Assembly (NCBI GenBank): GCA_038230375.1
Contig: JBBRNJ010000010.1
Coordinates: 1-64,000 of the forward strand
DNA from: Polyangiales bacterium
GTDB lineage: Bacteria; Myxococcota_A; Polyangia; Polyangiales; Polyangiaceae
Length of the DNA: 64,000 nt
Reading direction: 5' to 3'
Each line of letters starts with the position of its first letter. The stretch's first letter is position 1. Position numbers and translations under genes: made by a program. Under the pieces are notes generated by a model, which worked only from the letters and a program-made list of their open reading frames with translations, ran no database searches and was not told the DNA's origin. Shown piece by piece: positions 60,031-64,000 of the stretch.

Positions 60031-60836
60031 TGCGCAAGATCATCTTCCATGCAGCAGCAGCCCTGTTCGGCGCGGGCGTGGTCGCAGGCTGCACGGCGCT
60101 GCTGGGCGTGACGGACGTGCCCAACCCTGCGCTTGCGGATGGCTCGGCAGGAGGCAGCGAAGCGGGCATCGACGAAGCGGGCATCGACGAGGCGGGAAAT
60201 CCCATCGATGCCGCCCAGAAGGACGGCGGCGCGGCGGACGCGGGTTGCGTGAGCTTCGTGCTCCCTGCCGTGGCCGACACGTACCTGCTGGACGACGGCA
60301 ATCACTGCAACGGCGCGGTCACCTTCGGCAACGCGACGCTCCTGCACGCGGAGGTGTCCAGTCCGGCCGAGTACGCGCTGGTCAGGTTTGCGATCACGGG
60401 TGCCCAGCTCGCTTTCCTCGATTCCAGAGCAGTCATCGCGGTCTCGACCACGGGAGCCACCTGCAGTGCCGGGCTGTGTGCCGGGAATGCGTATGCGATG
60501 CGCTCGGACTGGGCGGAGGCTTCGGGGGACAGCAAGGGTGCCGACCTGTGTCGCCGCGACTTCCCATCGTTCGGGTGGGCCGCGGGTCTGGGTCAGCCGC
60601 TCGCTCAGCCGGCCGACTACGATACCCTCCCCGCCGCGGCGATGTCCCTCTCGGGGAGCACATGGCGATCCGCGCCGCTGCCGTCCGGCCCGCTCACGGC
60701 GCGGCTGTCAGGCGACGGCGGCGTCGGCTACTCCGTCTCGTTGCTCTTCAACGTCGCGTCGCCCGCGGGCGCGCTGGACTTCCCGGCCCACGACGCGGAC
60801 GGCGGCATGACCATGACCGTCATCCGCTGCGAGTGA
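60030..60836 (+). CDS. Lipoprotein, possible DNRLRE/CBM96-like domain
   Basis: VAGC lipobox; VADTYL...ALVRF pattern. Confidence 0.65.
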   Translation: MRKIIFHAAAALFGAGVVAGCTALLGVTDVPNPALADGSAGGSEAGIDEAGIDEAGNPIDAAQKDGGAADAGCVSFVLPAVADTYLLDDGNHCNGAVTFGNATLLHAEVSSPAEYALVRFAITGAQLAFLDSRAVIAVSTTGATCSAGLCAGNAYAMRSDWAEASGDSKGADLCRRDFPSFGWAAGLGQPLAQPADYDTLPAAAMSLSGSTWRSAPLPSGPLTARLSGDGGVGYSVSLLFNVASPAGALDFPAHDADGGMTMTVIRCE

Positions 60837-61104
60837 ACGTGCCCGCCACGTGGGATCCGCGGCAAGGGTAGCGTAGGCTCGGGCGATGCTGCTGGGCCTT
60901 GGGTTCACGTTGGCCGTCACGATCGGGCTGGCGGCGTGGGCTTGTGGCAGCTCGTGAGCACGTTCGGCGCGGCGTCCGGCTGGCTCTCACATGGAAGTAC
61001 CACTGGAGCGCGAAGCCCCCAGGCGCGCCGCGCGCTCCTCCACGGTCTCGGCGTTCGAAGCAGCGACGGCAAGGGCGGCGCCGCACCCGTGACCGGCGGG
61101 GTGA

Positions 61105-61151
61105 CGCGACAACGTTGTCGCGCGACGCGACCATATTGTCGCGTCGGGGCT
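61105..61151. repeat. Tandem palindrome element C, copy 2
   Basis: Matches 26112..26158. Confidence 0.85.
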
Positions 61152-61331
61152 ACTCCCTCGTGGCCTTCCCGGACCCCACGGATGGAACGAAGAAGCTCCG
61201 GGGCTGGGTCGTTACGCGAGGAAAAGACTGACCGTGGTCACCGGTGGGTTGACCGTGGTCGGCGACGCCGGCGCGAAGTGGCTGGAAATGCTCGTGGGGA
61301 TGGTTGGCCTGCGTCGTGCTCGTGGGTCGTC

Positions 61332-61613
61332 ATGACCATCACTGCATGGGGTGACGCAACCGTCGTCGAAGAGATCCAGATCAAGCAGGGCGCGGAGGGG
61401 CGCTCGTTCTCCACGCTCGTGCAGCTGCTGCGTGGGGCGGGCGGGGAGCCGCTCGTGCGCTTTGCGTACTCCACCGGAGGCGCTGCGCGGCGCGGCCCGG
61501 TGACGCTTCGCCGCGCGGACCTCGCGCGTCTGCGAAAGGCGCTGGCGAAGCATCCGCGGCTGCGCGCGGAGATCGCGGGCGTGCTCGGAGCGTCCGGAGG
61601 TTCGTCGGGATGA
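61332..61613 (+). CDS. Small basic hypothetical protein
   Basis: Protein-like ORF in preferred codon frame. Confidence 0.65.
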   Translation: MTITAWGDATVVEEIQIKQGAEGRSFSTLVQLLRGAGGEPLVRFAYSTGGAARRGPVTLRRADLARLRKALAKHPRLRAEIAGVLGASGGSSG

Positions 61614-62014
61614 GGCGCGCGTCGAAACCAACTATGATGAGCGTGATGACGCTCGACGAGCTCCTCCGTTCACTCACGCGCCCGGAGCGCGACTTCATCG
61701 CCGCGCGTGACTATGGCGCGGACAAGGGCCGACACCTCGACGCGCTGCAGGCGGTGATCGCGAACGGTGGAGTCGTCCACTTTGGCGCGGAGGGCGTGTG
61801 GTACCCGTACGAGGTGATCGAGCTCTGCAAGAACGTGCTCGAGCCAGGGCACGCGCGCGAATATGCGGCATGCCTCGGCATCGTGCTGCTCAACGTGAAG
61901 CTCGGTGGTGATCGCAGCAACGTGATCGAGGACGTGCTCGAGAGCCAGCACGAGGCGATCGCGCGCCTGCCAGAGGAGCTACAGCGCATGCTCGACGACG
62001 TGCTCCTTCCCTGA
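61610..62014 (+). CDS. Hypothetical protein
   Basis: ATGA overlap; start may be later (61635 or 61647). Confidence 0.65.
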   Translation: MRRASKPTMMSVMTLDELLRSLTRPERDFIAARDYGADKGRHLDALQAVIANGGVVHFGAEGVWYPYEVIELCKNVLEPGHAREYAACLGIVLLNVKLGGDRSNVIEDVLESQHEAIARLPEELQRMLDDVLLP

Positions 62015-62084
62015 TCCGGAGCGCATGCGGTGACACAGGACGGCATGCCCACCGCGTGAGATTCCGCATACATGGCGGTGGCGC

Positions 62085-63170
62085 GTGGTTTGCTCGTGCG
62101 GGGCTGTGCTCCCCCTTCAACGCATCGGTTTTTTTGTGGGCTCCACCATTCTCGTGCTCGGCGCAGGGGGGTGCAGCCAGAACGGCGGCTCTGGCAACGG
62201 CGCCGTGTGCGTGGCGCAGGAGCGGACGATCGCGCCGATCGATCCGAATGCCGGCTCGGGGATCATCCTCCGCGGCGGGTACGTCTACGTGCAGCAGCGC
62301 GATGCGGGCCCGAACTACACCCGCAGCTTCACCCGCGTGCCGGTCTCCGGCGGTCCCACGGAGACGCTCGCGGACTCGAAGGCAGGCGACTTCGCCGCGA
62401 ACGACGCGAACACGGTCGTGTGGGAGGACCTCGCGGCCACGCCGCCTGTTCTGGAATGGCGCGGCCCGCAGCAGGAGTCGCGCACGCTCGCGCTGCCTGA
62501 TGGCGTGCAGAGCATTGCGGATCTGGCCCTTGACCGTGCGGGCAACGTGTTCGTGCTCGCGATCGATCCGAAGGGCGGCAACACGGTGTGGCGCTATAGC
62601 GCGGAGCACCAGACGTTCGACCTGCTCCATCACAACATCGCTGGCCTCACCGGCTTCTTCGAGGACGCGACCGGCATCGCGTGGCTCGGCCCGGCGACCG
62701 GCGGCACTGCGCTCTACCACGAGGACGTGACGGGCGGCGCGCCCCAGGTCAGCGCGAACCTGAGCAAGCAAAACCTTGGTCCGTACAACGGAGTCGGCAG
62801 CGTCGTGGGCCTCGATGCCACTGCGCTCTACGTGGCGAACGGCAACCACGTCATGGCGATCGATCGCACAACCGGGACGTCGACAACGGCGCTCGACCTC
62901 ACACCAGAGCAGGGCACTGCATCGGGCATGGGTCCCATCCAGCCGGACTACACGAGCGTCCGCATGGACGACGCGAGCTTCTACTGGGTGGAGCGCGATC
63001 GCGATCAGGGCACCGCCTCGATCCGCCGCACCGACAAATCCGGCAAGGGCAGCGTGTCGACGCTCACCACGATCACGGACGTCCAGTCACTCGCCGTAGG
63101 TGGATGCAGCCTGGCGTACGTGGGCGCGCAGGACTCGTCCAGCTGGGGAATCGTCGCCCGCCCCAAGTGA
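62085..63170 (+). CDS. Beta-propeller-like lipoprotein
   Basis: AGGC lipobox; repeats such as LALDRAGNVF, LDATALYV, MDDASFYW; start uncertain. Confidence 0.7.
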   Translation: MVCSCGAVLPLQRIGFFVGSTILVLGAGGCSQNGGSGNGAVCVAQERTIAPIDPNAGSGIILRGGYVYVQQRDAGPNYTRSFTRVPVSGGPTETLADSKAGDFAANDANTVVWEDLAATPPVLEWRGPQQESRTLALPDGVQSIADLALDRAGNVFVLAIDPKGGNTVWRYSAEHQTFDLLHHNIAGLTGFFEDATGIAWLGPATGGTALYHEDVTGGAPQVSANLSKQNLGPYNGVGSVVGLDATALYVANGNHVMAIDRTTGTSTTALDLTPEQGTASGMGPIQPDYTSVRMDDASFYWVERDRDQGTASIRRTDKSGKGSVSTLTTITDVQSLAVGGCSLAYVGAQDSSSWGIVARPK

Positions 63171-63293
63171 CCGATCCCCGATGCCCGTCCGTCGGGTGAG
63201 CTGGTATGCCGGTAGGGAGGAAGTCTTGAACATGTGGACGAGCCCGAAGGGCGAGGACCTTGTGCGAGACGCCCGCCCGCAGGGAGGAAAGTC

Positions 63294-64000
63294 TTGAACT
63301 ACCGCACACAAGCCGCGCGCGAGCCGTCGCCTGTTCGCGAGGAGACCGTGGAGCTCAGCAGGTTCTCGCGCGCCTACACGCGCGGGCTGCTCGTCGCGAC
63401 GATCCTGTCGGGCGTCGGCGCCATCGTGACCGTCGGCTCCACCGACGTCGTCTGCGAGCGAAGCAACAAGGACGCGCCTCCCGCGTGCGAGCTGGTCGTG
63501 AGGCGTCTCGCATTTCCCTCGCACGAGGCGCTCGAGGCTGGTCCTGGTGCGGTGGAGGTGAAGAACGCGATGCTCGGTGACGACGGTGAGAAGCCGCACC
63601 TTGCCGTGCACACGCTGCATACGCCGCTCCAGTGGTTCGATCCCCGTGGTGACCGTGACGAGCTCGCGGCCGCGTTTCGCCGCTATCACGCGTCGTCAGA
63701 TCTGCACTTCTCGCTGCGCATCGAGCGCAACGCAGTGATGTCCGCGATGCTCCTGATCTTCGCCTTGTGCTTTGGGCTCCCGCTCGCGGTGGTCCAGAGG
63801 CGACAGCGCATCGTGGTCGATCTGGACACCGCCGAGGTGCGCATCGTCGGATGGAAAGGGGAGGGCGCGGGTGTCCGTCACGCCACGGTCGGCTTCGAGC
63901 GGGTCAAGGTCGAGAGCGCCGATGGTGACTCGGAGCTCTACAACGTGGTCCTGGATCTCGGCAAAAACCAGCACGTGATCGGCGAGGCCGTGAGCTCACT
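63294..64000 (+). CDS. Hypothetical membrane protein, runs off window end
   Basis: GGAGG RBS + TTG; frame open to 64000 with two hydrophobic segments (read manually, absent from ORF track). Confidence 0.65.
   Translation, partial: MNYRTQAAREPSPVREETVELSRFSRAYTRGLLVATILSGVGAIVTVGSTDVVCERSNKDAPPACELVVRRLAFPSHEALEAGPGAVEVKNAMLGDDGEKPHLAVHTLHTPLQWFDPRGDRDELAAAFRRYHASSDLHFSLRIERNAVMSAMLLIFALCFGLPLAVVQRRQRIVVDLDTAEVRIVGWKGEGAGVRHATVGFERVKVESADGDSELYNVVLDLGKNQHVIGEAVSS

Noticed and set aside
57638..60836. Kinase + PEGA-like + lipoprotein triad as a novel system
   Set aside because: Arrangement appears commonplace in myxobacterial genomes; nothing distinctive seen

Overview
High-GC genomic window whose gene content (several Ser/Thr kinases, a MYXO-CTERM-like protein, RCC1 and beta-propeller lipoproteins, a sigma54 activator) points to a myxobacterium, probably Polyangiaceae/Sorangiineae-like (inference). 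No rRNA, tRNA, CRISPR array or intact transposase was seen. About 55 CDS can be supported. Main points: (1) a UbiA prenyltransferase divergent from a LuxI/FeeM-like acyltransferase, a heme-oxygenase-like diiron enzyme and a fold-III PLP enzyme, bracketed by two inverted copies of a 151-bp palindromic element; (2) a nucleotidyltransferase/small-protein pair between direct copies of another structured repeat; (3) an operon of HEAT-repeat/PilT fusion, second PilT and TPR-Ser/Thr kinase with no pilus structural genes, divergent from a PP2C-cNMP phosphatase; (4) a truncated orphan Rhs toxin tip; (5) an hflX + ABC-F operon behind a 7-codon leader ORF and a hairpin; (6) a ~10-kb region with seven sigma54 -24/-12 promoter matches and repeated upstream motifs around a HK/NtrC-type pair. 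All product calls come from motif recognition by eye; no database searches were run.
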